From Macrostomum lignano (taxonomy: Eukaryota): a stretch of DNA of 64,000 nucleotides. Location of the stretch: contig NIVC01000873.1 in the NCBI GenBank assembly GCA_002269645.1, positions 184,725 through 248,724 on the forward strand. Reading direction: 5' to 3'. The notes below the pieces were generated by a model, which was not told the DNA's origin, made no database searches, and saw only the letters and a program-made list of their open reading frames with translations. Position numbers and translations under genes: made by a program. Shown one piece after another: positions 48,758 to 61,581 of the stretch (positions are counted from its first letter, which is position 1; each line of letters begins with the position of its first letter).

Positions 48758-50871
48758 ATGGCAGTTGCTGGCAAAGAGAATCCTCAGCTATTCGGCGTGT
48801 GGAAGGCCTACAAGAGCGAGAATATGGCAGCGCTGATGGAGAAAGCGGGTAAGGCGGTGGAGGCTGGGTTATGAGCTGAGATAGACACAGGCTGAGGCAG
48901 GCACAGGCTGAGGCAGACACAGAATGAGGCAGACACAGAATGAGGCAGACACAGAATGAGGCAGACACAGAATGAGGCAGACACAGAATGAGGCAGACAC
49001 AGAATGACGCAGACACAGAATGACGCAGACACAGAATGACGCAGACACAGAATGACGCAGACACAGAATGACGCAGACACAGAATGACGCAGACACAGAA
49101 TGAGGCAGAATGAGGCAGACACAGAATGAGGCAGACACAGAATGAGGCAGACACAGAATGAGGCAGACACAGAATGAGGCAGACACAGAATGAGGCAGAC
49201 ACAGAATGAGGCAGACACAGAATGACGCAGACACAGAATGACGCAGACACAGAATGACGCAGACACAGAATGACGCAGACACAGAATGACGCAGACACAG
49301 AATGACGCAGACACAGAATGAGGCAGAATGAGGCAGACACAGAATGAGGCAGACACAGAATGAGGCAGACACAGAATGAGGCAGACACAGAATGAGGCAG
49401 ACACAGAATGAGGCAGACACAGAATGAGGCAGACACAGAATGAGGCAGACACAGAATGAGGCAGACACAGAATGAGGCAGACACAGAATGACGCAGACAC
49501 AGAATGACGCAGACACAGAATGAGGCAGACACAGAATGAGGCAGACACAGAATGACGCAGACACAGAATGACGCAGACACAGAATGACGCAGACACAGAA
49601 TGACGCAGACACAGAATGACGCAGACACAGAATGAGGCAGACACAGAATGAGGCAGACACAGAATGAGGCAGACACAGAATGAGGCAGACACAGAATGAG
49701 GCAGACACAGAATGACGCAGACACAGAATGACGCAGACACAGAATGACGCAGACACAGAATGAGGCAGACACAGAATGAGGCAGACACAGAATGAGGCAG
49801 ACACAGAATGACGCAGACACAGAATGAGGCAGACACAGAATGACGCAGACACAGAATGACGCAGACACAGAATGACGCAGACACAGAATGACGCAGACAC
49901 AGAATGAGGCAGACACAGAATGACGCAGACTGAGGCAGGCTGGATCAGGCACAGGTAGACAGACCAACTTAAGGCAGACAGCCGATTCAAGCCGATCCCA
50001 AATGTCATGCAGGCGCCCCGTGGATGGCCCGAAAGATGGGCGCCAACGCCACGCCAACCGTGACGATGACTCGACTGGACGATCGCCGGATTAGCATCAG
50101 CTCCAAGACGATGATGTTCAACATGGAGCAGGTGCACGAGCTTGACACCCTGGTGCAGGGCGACATGGCGATGGCGGGCAAGCAGGTGGAGTACTACACC
50201 GAGTGGACCGATGACGGAAAACTTGTCGTTTACCAGGCCGACGTGGGCGCTGGCGGCGACTTGAAGACTACTGGAATGAAAACTGTTCGAAGCTTGGAGC
50301 CCAACGGGGAAATGCTGGTGGTTCGTGCGGGTTTTCTAAATCACTGAATAACTTAAGATCCTATTGAGCTCGAATCAGTAGTCCTGAGTTCGAATCTCAT
50401 TTCTTGAATTCTAATATCAGTGGTCCTGGGCTCGAATCTCATTTCTTGAATTCGAATCCATGGTCCTGGGCTCGAATCTCATTTCTTGAATTCGAATATC
50501 AGTGGTCCTGGGCTCGAATCTCATTTCTTGAATTCGAATCGGTGGTCATGGGCTCGAATCTCATTTCTTGAATTCGAATCGGTGGTCCTGGGCTCGAATC
50601 TCATTTCTTGAATTCGAATCGGTGGTCATGGGCTCGAATCTCATTTCTTGAATTCGAATCAGTGGTCATGGGCTCGAATCTCATTTCTTTAATTCGAATC
50701 CATGGTCCTGGGCTCGGATCGGATTTCTTGAATTCGAATCCTAGGTCCCGAGCTCGAATCCCATATCTCAACTCTTAACTTAAAGAGTCAGAGGTAGACC
50801 CGTGTATCGCATTTTAGACCGTGAGCATGGACAACGTGGTTGCCTACCGGTGGTTCAAGAGGCAGACTTGA
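48758..50871 (+). CDS. FABP: Fatty-acid-binding/intracellular lipid-binding protein, copy 2 (3 exons, about 150 aa)
   Basis: Exons 48758-48848 (MAVAGKENPQLFGVWKAYKSENMAALMEKAG), 50013-50320 (APWMARKMGANATPT...VRSLEPNGEMLV) and 50818-50871 (TVSMDNVVAYRWFKRQT*). Intron positions are identical to copy 1. Confidence 0.88.
48890..49935. repeat. 16-bp minisatellite (agacacagaatgaggc / ...gacgc) in FABP2 intron 1
   Basis: About 65 tandem copies in two variants. Confidence 0.96.
50372..50760. repeat. ~40-bp minisatellite (gggctcgaatctcatttcttgaattcgaatcggtggtcct) in FABP2 intron 2
   Basis: About 9-10 tandem copies. Confidence 0.92.
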
Positions 50872-51271
50872 AACTTCAGACATAAAATCCGACTTTCAAT
50901 TTTTAGCAGATTAAAAAACGAACAACGTAAATTCTGTGCTATATTCTTAGTGCATTGTCGTTTATATTATTTATTATATTTACACGTAGAAACAGTATGG
51001 CAAAGTTTGTGGGATTTTCTATCATTATCTTCCTGTCTTACCTCCAACCTCTATTAGGAGGATATGATATTATTTCTCAGAAATTAGACTGAATGATTGC
51101 CACATTGAGCGTCCAAAATAATTTATAAAATTTGAAAGCTAAATAAATATTTCAATTATTCGACATTATTCAAAGGTCACGGTATACTCTTAACACGTAC
51201 GAGTTCTCGATCGTATACCCGTTTTTATTTTTTGTGTTTTTAAAAAAGTGAGGAATAAAATATGGGAGAGA

Positions 51272-52648
51272 AGATGAACAGCAGGAAGATAATTGGGAAG
51301 ACAGGAGGGAGAAGGGGATGAAACAGCAGGAAGATAATTGGGAAGACAGGAGGGAGAAGGGGATGAAACAGCAGGAAGATAATTGGGAAGAGAGGAGGGA
51401 GAAGGGGATGAAACAGCAGGAAGATAATTGGGAAGACAGGAGGGAGAAGGGGATGAAACAGCAGGAAGATAATTGGGAAGACAGGAGGGAGAAGGGGATG
51501 AAACAGCAGGAAGATAATTGGGAAGAGAGGAGGGAGAAGGGGATGAAACAGCAGGAAGATAATTGGGAAGACAGGAGGGAGAAGGGGATGAAACAGCAGG
51601 AAGATAATTGGGAAGAGAGGAGGGAGAAGGGGATGAAACAGCAGGAAGATAATTGGGAAGAGATAAGAGAGAGAAGGAGATGAAACAGCAGGAAGATAAT
51701 TGGGAAGAGATAAGAGAGAGAACGGGATGAAACAGCAGGAAGATAATTGGGAAGAGAGGAGGGAGAAGGGGATGAAACAGCAGGAAGATAATTGGGAAGA
51801 CAGGAGGGAGAAGGGGATGAAACAGCAGGAAGATAATTGGGAAGAGATAAGAGAGAGAAGGAGATGAAACAGCAGGAAGATAATTGGGAAGAGATAAGAG
51901 AGAGAACGGGATGAAACAGCAGGAAGATAATTGGGAAGAGAGGAGGGAGAAGGGGATGAAACAGCAGGAAGATAATTGGGAAGACAGGAGGGAGAAGGGG
52001 ATGAAACAGCAGGAAGATAATTGGGAAGAGAGGAGGGAGAAGGGGATGAAACAGCAGGAAGATAATTGGGAAGAGAGGAGGGAGAAGGGGATGAAACAGC
52101 AGGAAGATAATTGGGAAGAGAGGAGGGAGAAGGGGATGAAACAGCAGGAAGATAATTGGGAAGAGAGGAGGGAGAAGGGGATGAAACAGCAGGAAGATAA
52201 TTGGGAAGACAGGAGGGAGAAGGGGATGAAACAGCAGGAAGATAATTGGGAAGAGAGGAGGGAGAAGGGGATGAAACAGCAGGAAGATAATTGGGAAGAC
52301 AGGAGGGAGAAGGGGATGAAACAGCAGGAAGATAATTGGGAAGACAGGAGGGAGAAGGGGATGAAACAGCAGGAAGATAATTGGGAAGACAGGAGGGAGA
52401 AGGGGATGAAACAGCAGGAAGATAATTGGGAAGACAGGAGGGAGAAGGGGATGAAACAGCAGGAAGATAATTGGGAAGAGAGGAGGGAGAAGGGGATGAA
52501 ACAGCAGGAAGATAATTGGGAAGACAGGAGGGAGAAGGGGATGAAACAGCAGGAAGATAATTGGGAAGACAGGAGGGAGAAGGGGATGAAACAGCAGGAA
52601 GATAATTGGGAAGACAGGAGGGAGAAGGGGATGAAACAACAGGAAGAT
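51272..52648. repeat. 45-bp purine-rich minisatellite (ggatgaaacagcaggaagataattgggaagacaggagggagaagg)
   Basis: About 30 copies; gives the spurious MKQQEDNWEDRREKG ORFs. Confidence 0.96.
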
Positions 52649-52691
52649 AAAGTTTGCGACGAAGTCAGTTAGCTGAGTACAGAAGAAGCCA

Positions 52692-53072
52692 TCACGCGAA
52701 GCACTTGTCCGCATTGCGCAACAGAGCCTCGCGGTGTTTGTCCTTCAAGTGCAGCAGGAACTCCGGCGCCAAGCCCTGGTACTGGCAGTCCGGCGCCGGG
52801 CATTTGATCGGCCGGCGCTCGCAAGCGACTTCGTGTTCGCGAATTTCGCCGCGCGGGCCTCGTCGATCGCAGTGCGGACATTTGAAGGGCAGACTGTCGA
52901 TCATCCGACGGGCCAAGGCGCTGGCCTCGGCTCGCACAGGCTCGTGGCGGCACTGGGCGCACCTGTTCACCCGGGCGACGCAGGCGCGGCAGTGCACCTG
53001 GTGACAGCAGCTGGTCTCCATAGCCTGATCGGCTATCTCAAGGCAGATCGGGCATCTTAGCCAAGCTTCCAT
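52692..53072 (-). CDS. Short RING-HC plus two SINA/TRAF-type zinc fingers (Siah/SINA N-terminal-like E3 ligase), 126 aa, single exon
   Basis: RING CPIC...CCHQVHCRAC...CAQC, then CPHC...HEVAC and CERRPIKCPAPDCQYQG...HLKDKH (cf. Siah CEFRPYSCPCPGASCKWQG...HLMHQH). A U-rich acceptor ttttactaag lies 2 nt before the ATG. Confidence 0.82.
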   Translation of the reverse strand: MEAWLRCPICLEIADQAMETSCCHQVHCRACVARVNRCAQCRHEPVRAEASALARRMIDSLPFKCPHCDRRGPRGEIREHEVACERRPIKCPAPDCQYQGLAPEFLLHLKDKHREALLRNADKCFA

Positions 53073-53884
53073 CGCTTAGTAAAATAATAAGACTGCCTGG
53101 GTTCGTATTGTGAATTGAAACGAGAAACTGCTGGAAGGGTGTATCTGGGGGGGGGGCTTTTCTAGCAGTCAAATCGCTTGCGGCGTACGCGCTGCCTCCG
53201 GGGAAGGGAGGGAGCGGCAGGGGTGAGACGGATTGGAATGGACATTCTATGCCGGGGTCTGAGGGTTGGTACGAGATTACACATTATAGCTGCTTGTCCT
53301 GCTAGAGGAGAGGGGGACGAATGTACGCAAGCCCACGCTAGTAGTTTGCGAGTACATCTGTACACTTTGCTCAGAGAGAGGGTAGTTTGTTCAGTACAGT
53401 TTTGTAGAGATAAACAGCCCTAACGCCGGTAACTCAACATTTCTCAAAAATGCTAGCTATAATACTGTCAACATATTTAAAAGATTTTGATTACTTTAAA
53501 AACAGATCTCTCTTGCACCTTAACCATATATACGGACTGGTAGAACATATCCAATTCATTCGGCCCTACCATCCCCTCTCCTCCTCTCCTCTCTGCCCTT
53601 CATGCATTGACCTGCCAGGAAAATGACAGGAATTTCAATTTTTCTCCCAATTCCCTTTCCAAATTTTCCAGGTCCATTAGAATTGCTTGCAGACAAACCA
53701 TCGAGATTTGCCCCGCGATGCATTGATTTAGCCTTGTGGCATTTTGCCCCCAATGGGGGAACGACATCGTATATGCATGCATTAATAGCTTACCGATGCA
53801 CATGTACACAAGGACCACTGTAGTAGGACTCAGGACCACAGTGGTCCTTGCATGTACATCGGTTGGGGGGGGGGCAAAATGCAG

Positions 53885-54285
53885 GCAAACCTTGGCGGGA
53901 AAAGCCGGGCGGGTAAACCTTGGCGGGAAAAGCCGGGCGGGTAAACCTTGGCGGGAAAAGCCGGGCGGGTAAACCTTGGCGGGAAAAGCCGGGCGGGCAA
54001 AGCTTGGCGGGAAAAGCCGGGCGGGTAAACCTTGGCGGGAAAAGCCGGGCGGGCAAAGCTTGGCGGGAAAAGCCGGGCGGGCAAACCTTGGCGGGAAAAG
54101 CCGGGCGGGTATTCGTAAACCTTGGCGGGAAAAGCCGGGCGGGCAAAGCTTGGCGGGAAAAGCCGGGCGGGCAAAGCTTGGCGGGAAAAGCCGGGCGGGC
54201 AAAGCTTGGCGGGAAAAGCCGGGCGGGCAAAGCTTGGCGGGAAAAGCCGGGCGGGCAAACTTTGGCGGGAAAAGCCGGGCGGGCT
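53885..54285. repeat. 28-bp minisatellite (aaaccttggcgggaaaagccgggcgggt)
   Basis: About 14 tandem copies. Confidence 0.94.
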
Positions 54286-54668
54286 TTAATTTAATTCCTT
54301 GTGTTTACATCAATCAATCAATCAATCAAAATATACAGAAGACAGTTCTTCGGTGAAGATTCTGATTCGGAATTTTATTGGAAATAAGTTACAAGCATTT
54401 ATTGCATAATACGAGTATTATTGATATCAGTTTTCATCCTAAGAACAAAAACAATGTGGCGCTGTCTGTTTCTAGTATAGATTGCATGCATCATTGTGAA
54501 AGATTTTGATGCCTAAGTTGCTGAGCAGCGAATCAATGGCTATGGGCTTTGCTTACATGGTAAAGCGTAAATAACGGACAAAGCAAGTCAATGTGACGGG
54601 TTAATACAATGCGACGAGAGAAACGAAAGCGGCCGGTGTACGCCGCTGGTAACAGATGATTCCTTCGG

Positions 54669-54805
54669 CTACACATCGCTGACGTGATCGTACGGTATCC
54701 GGGATTGCTTTCGGCCGCCCGCTGCAGCGGCAGCCACCGCCGATACCGAGCTGTGATGCTGCCTGTGCGACATCTTTGTCAGACTGTTCAGCTGCGTGTA
54801 GCCTG

Positions 54806-54837
<32 letters not shown>

Positions 54838-57800
54838 CGCCTCCGGTAGCCCAGCGGCGAGCCGAGCTGTCTGCCCGGGGGATGCTGCGGCACGCTGACG
54901 TATTCGCCACCGACGCCTCCTCGCTGCTGCCGTACCGTTGTCGATGCTACCGCCGTCAAAGCCACGTCCGGAGCGACGCCAGCACCGCACAGCCGTAGGT
55001 CAGTGTCCGACTGGCATTGCGACGAGCGGCCGGGCGCTGGAACGGAATTGGCCGAACTTCGCTGACGAAACATTCCTGGAAGGAGGGGAAAGGGAGGGAG
55101 AAGAGAGGGAGATGAGAGGGGAAATAAGGGAGGGAGAGGGGAGGAAGATGAGAGGGGAAAGGGAGGGAGAAGGGAGGAAGATGGGAGAGGAAAGGGAGAA
55201 GAGATGAAGATGAGAGGGGAAGGGAGGGAGAAAGGAGGAAGATTAGAGGGGAAGGGAGGGAGAAAGGAGGAAGATGGGAGAGGAAAGGGAGAAGAGAGAG
55301 GATGAGAGGGGGGAGTGAGAGAGAAGGGAGGGAGAAGGAAGGGAGAAGGAAGAGAGAAGGGAGGGAGAATGGAGGAAGATGAGGGGGAGAAGGAAGGCAG
55401 GAGGGCGAAGAGAAAGGAGAGAGAAGGGAGGGAGAAGGGAGGAAGATGAGGGGGAGAAGGGAGGCAGGAGGGCGAAGAGAAAGGAGAGAGAAGGGAGGGA
55501 GAAGGGAGGAAGATGAGGGGGAGAAGGGAGGCAGGAGGGCGAAGAGAAAGGAGAGAGAAGGGAGGGAGAAGGGAGGAAGATGAGGGGGAGAAGGGAGGCA
55601 GGAGGGCGAAGAGAAAGGCGAGGAGGTGAGTTAGGGTTAATACATGGAACCCATGGGCTTGTCAGATGTAGCTCGCACACTGCCTGACCATGAGATTAGA
55701 TCTGTGCTTGCGTACCTGAGTGCTTCAGACATTAGGTAATGGAGTTGAGTGTTGCGTCATCAAGAAGTTGCGTCAGAACCTACACCGGCCACTGCAACCC
55801 TGACTAACTGACAAATAAATTCGTCAACAGAGAAAAACAGGTATTTAGGAACATTTCTCAGGAGATCACAAAAGAACTGCGCTAAGCGTTTGCTGCTTAC
55901 CGAGGTCATCTAGACCGCAGATTCCCAGCTTCGCCAGATCCGTTCTGCTTGTCCTCGACATCCTCTGCTGATTCAGGGCGGCGGCGGCTGCGGCGGCTGG
56001 TTCGTCATCGCACTTCTCGTACTGCTGGTGCTGCTGCTGCTGTCTCTGCTGTTGCCGGTAATTCTTTTTCAGCGCTAGAGGCTGCACGGTCAAGTGGGAG
56101 ACGCTTATGGGTGTTACTTGATATTCATTGGTCATTTGGGACGCTGGAAGTCTAAAGGGAAGTGCTGAATCAAGAAGAGACACCAGAGCCTCACCCGGAA
56201 GAAGCATTTAAGCATTTAAAGATAAAAGCATCAAATTGCAGGGAAGTTTCGCAGGCAACTTACAATTGACGAGGCCGGATATCCGGTTTGCTCGGACCGC
56301 CCCGTGTGGTGCTGCGTCTTCATGGTCAGCGACTCGTATGCCCTGGCTGGGTCCATCTTCATCAACTCGGACGGATCGACTGTAGAAGAGAACGGGAGCG
56401 ATGTTGACCTTCGTCCTACTAAATCTGTGATAATTTGATAATGAAGATACTTCAAACTGAGACATGGCGAATATTTTCAGACAAATAATACATAACTTCA
56501 TATTAGAAAGCATATAATTCGTAGTCTCAATCCATAAAAAGATTCCCATCTTTTTTCGCTCATCAAAGCCCACGCAATCGCGGCCCATCCCGCCTCAAGA
56601 GCCGGCCAGAATCAAACGAATCAAAGCAACAGCTGAGCAGAGAAGGCAGAGAAGAAAAAGGGGCCGGCCCACTAATGCGTGGGGGAGGGGGTGGGCTGCG
56701 ATTATTTAGCCACCTGAGCTGTTATAATTAAAGGGAAGACTGAAGCGCGGAGACGGGGCGGTGCAAAAAAATGTCGCGTGTGAAAAGTGTCGGCAGGGGA
56801 GCGCGCGGGGTTGGCCCCGAGGTACAGTAAGTGAAGGCGTTCAAGCGCTCATGCCTCGACTGTAACCTCGAAGGCTCGAAGCCGGCCCAGAAGCTAAGTA
56901 AATTTGCGATGGCTTTTTAGTCTCAGCCGTTCCTTCTCATGCGGAACGGGGCAATGAACAACAATTGCAGTCGTGCGCTCCACCATATAGTGAGTTGAGC
57001 TCAATTAACAACCGGGGTTAATTCCTTTGTAAAAACCCACCGATGCGCGACCAGCAAACCCGACACCCTTCAAGCCAGGGCCACCAGCTGCTGCAGTCCT
57101 TGAGCTTTAGTCGAGATTCAACGAGAAAGCTTCGCTTAAAAGCGAATGACACCTTCCAGGTAAGAGGATCTGCAGGTCCTCAGCAATGTGACTAGAAAAC
57201 AATAGAGCTCACACACTTGTGCTCTTGGTACTCAGTATTGTTTTACTATTTTAGCAGATAGACTAGCTCTGATATGGATAGCTTTGTCTGCGAGCAGAGA
57301 GGGAGCTTGTTCGTGCATTGCAGTGAACTGGAGCCAGCCTCCTTCTTCTGCGCTCCCGCGGCTTTACCAGAAAATCAATCAAAAGAAGGCGGACAAAGAA
57401 AGAAAGGAGGCACAGGTATGACACAGCTAGGCATCTGCGCGTCAGTAGCAAGAAAATGAATCAAAGAAATTGCGCACCAGACAGACAGAGTGACAGACAG
57501 GTTAATTAATCTCTGCATAAGGAAAGCAATATGAACCTCGAAGTCCTTGATTGCCAGCTCTCTCCATCAGTTTTTGTTTAACTGACTTCCATCCTCGCAC
57601 CAACCATTATTAAAATTTCACACTTGGAAAACTTTCTGGGGGGGGGGGCGAAAAAAAGTGAAACACGACCCGCAAATGCTGGTTTATTTTGGTTTTGAAA
57701 TGTAGGCAGATGCTCTTCGGGGTCAGGTTTCTCTGATGATGTCTTTCCTACCGTCGCACCAGCGGGAAAATTGATTTTTTTGTCATTTTTTCAATAGCAC

Positions 57801-60800
57801 CTGGTTTTGCACGTCTCTGTGCAACGTGTCCCGACTTCCTCACTCACGATCCCGCGCCAGCACTGAGCGAAGAGGTAGCGTCTAGCGACCCTCAAAAGTT
57901 CAGCTCCTTTCACTTCCTTGTTGACTATACAACCTTCCCCCAATTCAGAGGTTAACAAAGCCTTCCATTTGCATTTGCAGTGACTGTGGCCACATCAAAG
58001 AAGCGTGAGTCTTAGTGCGGTGTCAACAACAATTTTTTTTCAATAATTTAAATGTCAAGCCCCCAGTAATCAAACACCTATTAAGCCAATGGGGGCGGCT
58101 CATGCAAGCTGGGCCCTGTCCTAGAGCCATGGACTGTCATCGCGTCGTGCGTGCACCACAAAGAACAAAGGCCACTCACGGACTGCCCTGGCTTGGGACG
58201 CCGTCTCGGCGCGTCTTTTCACGATGAGGAACGCAATCGACAGGATGAGTATCAGAAGCACCAGGATGGCCAACCCGGACACCAGCAGCAGCGCCGGCCC
58301 GGACACTTCCGAGGAAACGCGGCCACCGTTTCGGTGTCCGCCGCTTCCGCCGCCGTTTCTGTCGCCGCCACCGCCGGACAGCGAAGGCGGAAACGGACGC
58401 GCCGCTGCGGAAGAACTCGAGGACGACGATGACGCGAACGAATCGTTCTTGACGGCCACCTGCAGGAGGGTGTCCCGTTTCAGCTGGCGGTCTCGGCCGG
58501 CGTCCGCAGCCTCGATGCGCAGCATGAACAGGCGACCAGCGAAGGGGCGAAGATTTTCGCGAACCAACAGGTGACCTGTGACCGGCTCCAGCTCAAAGTG
58601 CTCGCTGTCGTCCGGCCCAGACTGGCCTGCGCCGGTTGCAGTTGAGGTCGGCAGCAGGCGGTAGGTCACGTTTCCGTTCTTGCCTGCGTCGTCGTCTCGA
58701 GCGTCGATCTTGGCGACTAGGCTCCTCGGCGTCAGGGTGCTGCTGATGTTCACCTGCTCGTAGTGCGTTCCGAGTAGATTTTTGTCGACTGTTCCACTTC
58801 AATTATTCATTTTAAAATTCAAAGTTTGAATCACGCTAGAGAGTATTGTCTATATTATCGTTTTATTTCTAATATAGTCTGCACATAAAAGTTGCCGTTT
58901 GGGGACACTATTACTTATTAAGTTTGACCAATCAACAATGTCGGATAAAGATCTGTTTCATTCTAGTTTCTATTGTTTCGATCCTTTGGGTGTGGCTTGC
59001 TGGCCTACAGTGTGGGGGCAGGGCAGAACACCGGTCGATTTTCCCTTTACAGTACCTCCAGAAATCGAAAGTTTTAACTTACCCGATTAACTCTGCGCTC
59101 TGGATCCGGAAAGATGAACCTAGGCGGAGTATCATTAACATCGCCAATCTCGACTGTCAGGTAAAAGACATTTGACCGCGCCGGGTGCACGCCATCGCTG
59201 ACCCCGATTCGCAGGTGATACTCGCTCTCCAGCTCGCGGTCCAGCTCGTCTCTAAGCCTCAGACGGCCGTGCGAGTCGATCTGGAATTTGTTAGCGCCGT
59301 TTCGATGCTGCCGCCCTGGGACGCTGCCGCCGACGCCACCGCTGCCATCGTCGCTGGTGAGGATGAAGTTGAACTCCCTCCGGCCGGGCTCATCCGCGTC
59401 CGTAACGTTTAGAAGCGCCACCAGGGTGCCACGTGGAGAGTCCTCCGGCACCAGGACTCGACGAGGCGTTGCGAAGTCGAACTCCGGACTGTTATCGTTG
59501 AGGTCCAGAATTGTCAGAACAACCGTGGCTGTGGCCGAGTAGTGCGGCGGGGCTGAATTGAAGGCCACAACTTGAAAAACGTAACGGTCGCGCTCCTCCC
59601 GGTCGAACACCTTATTGGCCACGAGGCGGCCGGTGTTCAGATAGATTCGGACATCCTTGAAAGTTTCTGGCTCGATCTTGTACTGAATGGCGTCGTTAGG
59701 CGGAGCATCGGCGTCCTCAGCCTGAAGCGCGCCGATGGCCGTCCCTTCCTGCTGGTTCTCCAGGATGCTGAAACTGAACTCCGTTTTGCGCCAAACAGGC
59801 GGCGAATCGTTGGCGTCATCGACTAGCACGCGGACGATCGCATTCGTGTGCCTTGGCGGACTACCGTGATCGCTGCACCGCAGACGCACAATGTGCACGG
59901 CTTGCGTCTCGCGATCGAAGCTGCGTATAGCGTACAGGTGATAGCTGGCTGCTCGACTGCTGCCAATCTCTTTCATGTACTGCAGCCGAAAGGATGCCGG
60001 CTGTTGCTGCTGTCCCTCTGGCTCATTGACCAGGCGACACTCAACTCGGCCGTTGTCACCGGAGTCCTGGTCCGACGCCAGCACCGTGGCAATTACGTTG
60101 GATGCGTAGGCGACGTTCTCCATCACGCGGACTGAAGAGGTCTGCGTGCCGAAGCCGATGACGCGCACTGTCGGGTTGTGGTTGTTCACGTCCAGCACTC
60201 TGACCTGATTGTATGTGAATCAAATGAGGCAGTAATTCAAGTTCGTAGCTTTACAACGCGCAGGATACGAAATTGCTTTTGTCCCGCAACACAAATTCCT
60301 ATTTTTACCTTATGAAGCTCCTAGTAAATTTTCTAGAGTGCCGACCAGAGCTTGACGAAGAATTATTTAAAATAGTTAAATAAGAGGTAAATAATCATAT
60401 CTAACCTCAAGGTTCAAGTTCAGTTAAACGTCCCTAAGCAGGGCTGATAGCCAACAACTAACCTCGACTTCAATTTCGCTTGACCTTCGCGGCGATCCAT
60501 AGTCAAAAGCAGTAACCAGCAGCTCATAGACGTTTTCTTCATCCCGACGGTACAGCAGACGACCGTTCAGTGTCACCCGACCAGAGTAGGCGTCCACGCC
60601 AAACAGGCCGACAGGATAGGGCCTGCGGTGGCCGGGGCGCAGACTGTAACCGACTCGGGCGTTCTGGCCCTCGTCATTATCCACGGCCAGCACGGAAAAC
60701 ACGGTGCTGTGCGGCCTCGTGTCCTCCTCTAAATTCACCGCCAACCTTGAGCCGTTGACGAACTCTGGAGTGCAGTCATTGACGTCTTCAATGGTGACGT

Positions 60801-61581
60801 TGATGATGGTGGCTCCAACCTTGCGGCCGCCGTCCTCGGCTAGCAACTGGAAGCCGTAGGAGCTGCGTCTCTCTCGGTCCAGCGGCGCTCGGTTGACCAG
60901 CTCCAGGGCGCGAACAGCTTCTGGGAACGCAGCTCTGCTATCGCCGCGAACCTGGCGCAGCTCAAACTGCTCGGCACCGCTGCCAAGTCGATAGGATACG
61001 ACACCGTTGCGACCCCAGTCAGCGTCCTGGGCAATTGGCAGCGGAACGGAGGCGCCAAGCCTGTCGGTCTCCTTGAAGCGAACTCCGTTTCGGGCCCGCT
61101 GAAACATTGGCTTGTTGTCGTTGATATCTTCCAGCTGTATGTTTAGTGTCAGCGCCAGGAACCGACGATTGACCACCGTGGTGGCTGCAGCATCATATCG
61201 AAGATCGCACACGGATGCCTGATCATTTTGGCGTACGCGCATGTCCTTTTCGCAGCAGAGTCCGCGACTGTCGCACAGACTGTCTCGGTCGATCCGCCCA
61301 GCAGTGGTCAGGCTACCATCATAGGCGAGGCGGAACAGCGACGCCACCGGGTCGTCGGGAAGGTACGGACGAACGCTGACGTTGGCCAGCTCCTCGCCGT
61401 TCAGATCGCGGCAATCCTTCAGCAGCTCCTTTAAGTTGACCACAAAATAACCAGTGTCGCGCTCCTCCCGCAGGTTGCAGGAACGCTCGATACTCAATGG
61501 ATTAGTGCAGAATGCCACGGGAAGAGTTAGAACAGCAAGCACTGCTGTGCAAGCTAACAGATGATAGACAGTGGTGGCCAT
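54669..61581 (-). CDS. PCDH: Protocadherin with 7 cadherin repeats (delta-1-like architecture), 6 exons, about 1172 aa
   Basis: Exons 61581-60463, 60204-59083, 58753-58180, 56379-56264, 56081-55901, 55075-54669 join in frame (phases 0, 0, 1, 0, 1). Signal peptide MATTVYHLLACTAVLAVLTLPVAFC; linkers DINDNKP, DVNDCTP, DVNNHNP, DANDSPP, DLNDNSP, DVNDTPP; LDRE motifs; TM ALLLVSGLAILVLLILILSIAFLIV; Q-rich tail ending VSDV. Confidence 0.92.
55078..55622. repeat. GA-rich tandem repeat (~52-bp units) filling the last protocadherin intron
   Basis: gagggcgaagagaaaggagagagaagggagggagaagggaggaagatgagggggagaagggaggcag repeated. Confidence 0.88.

Noticed and set aside
48654-50137. 358-467 aa minus-strand CVILCLRHSVSASF ORFs
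   Set aside because: Antisense translations of the 16-bp intronic repeat of FABP2.
51170-52714. 514-aa minus and 262-aa plus repetitive ORFs
   Set aside because: Products of the 45-bp tandem array. A real repetitive protein cannot be strictly excluded, but the frame is broken by indels and there are no unique flanking domains.
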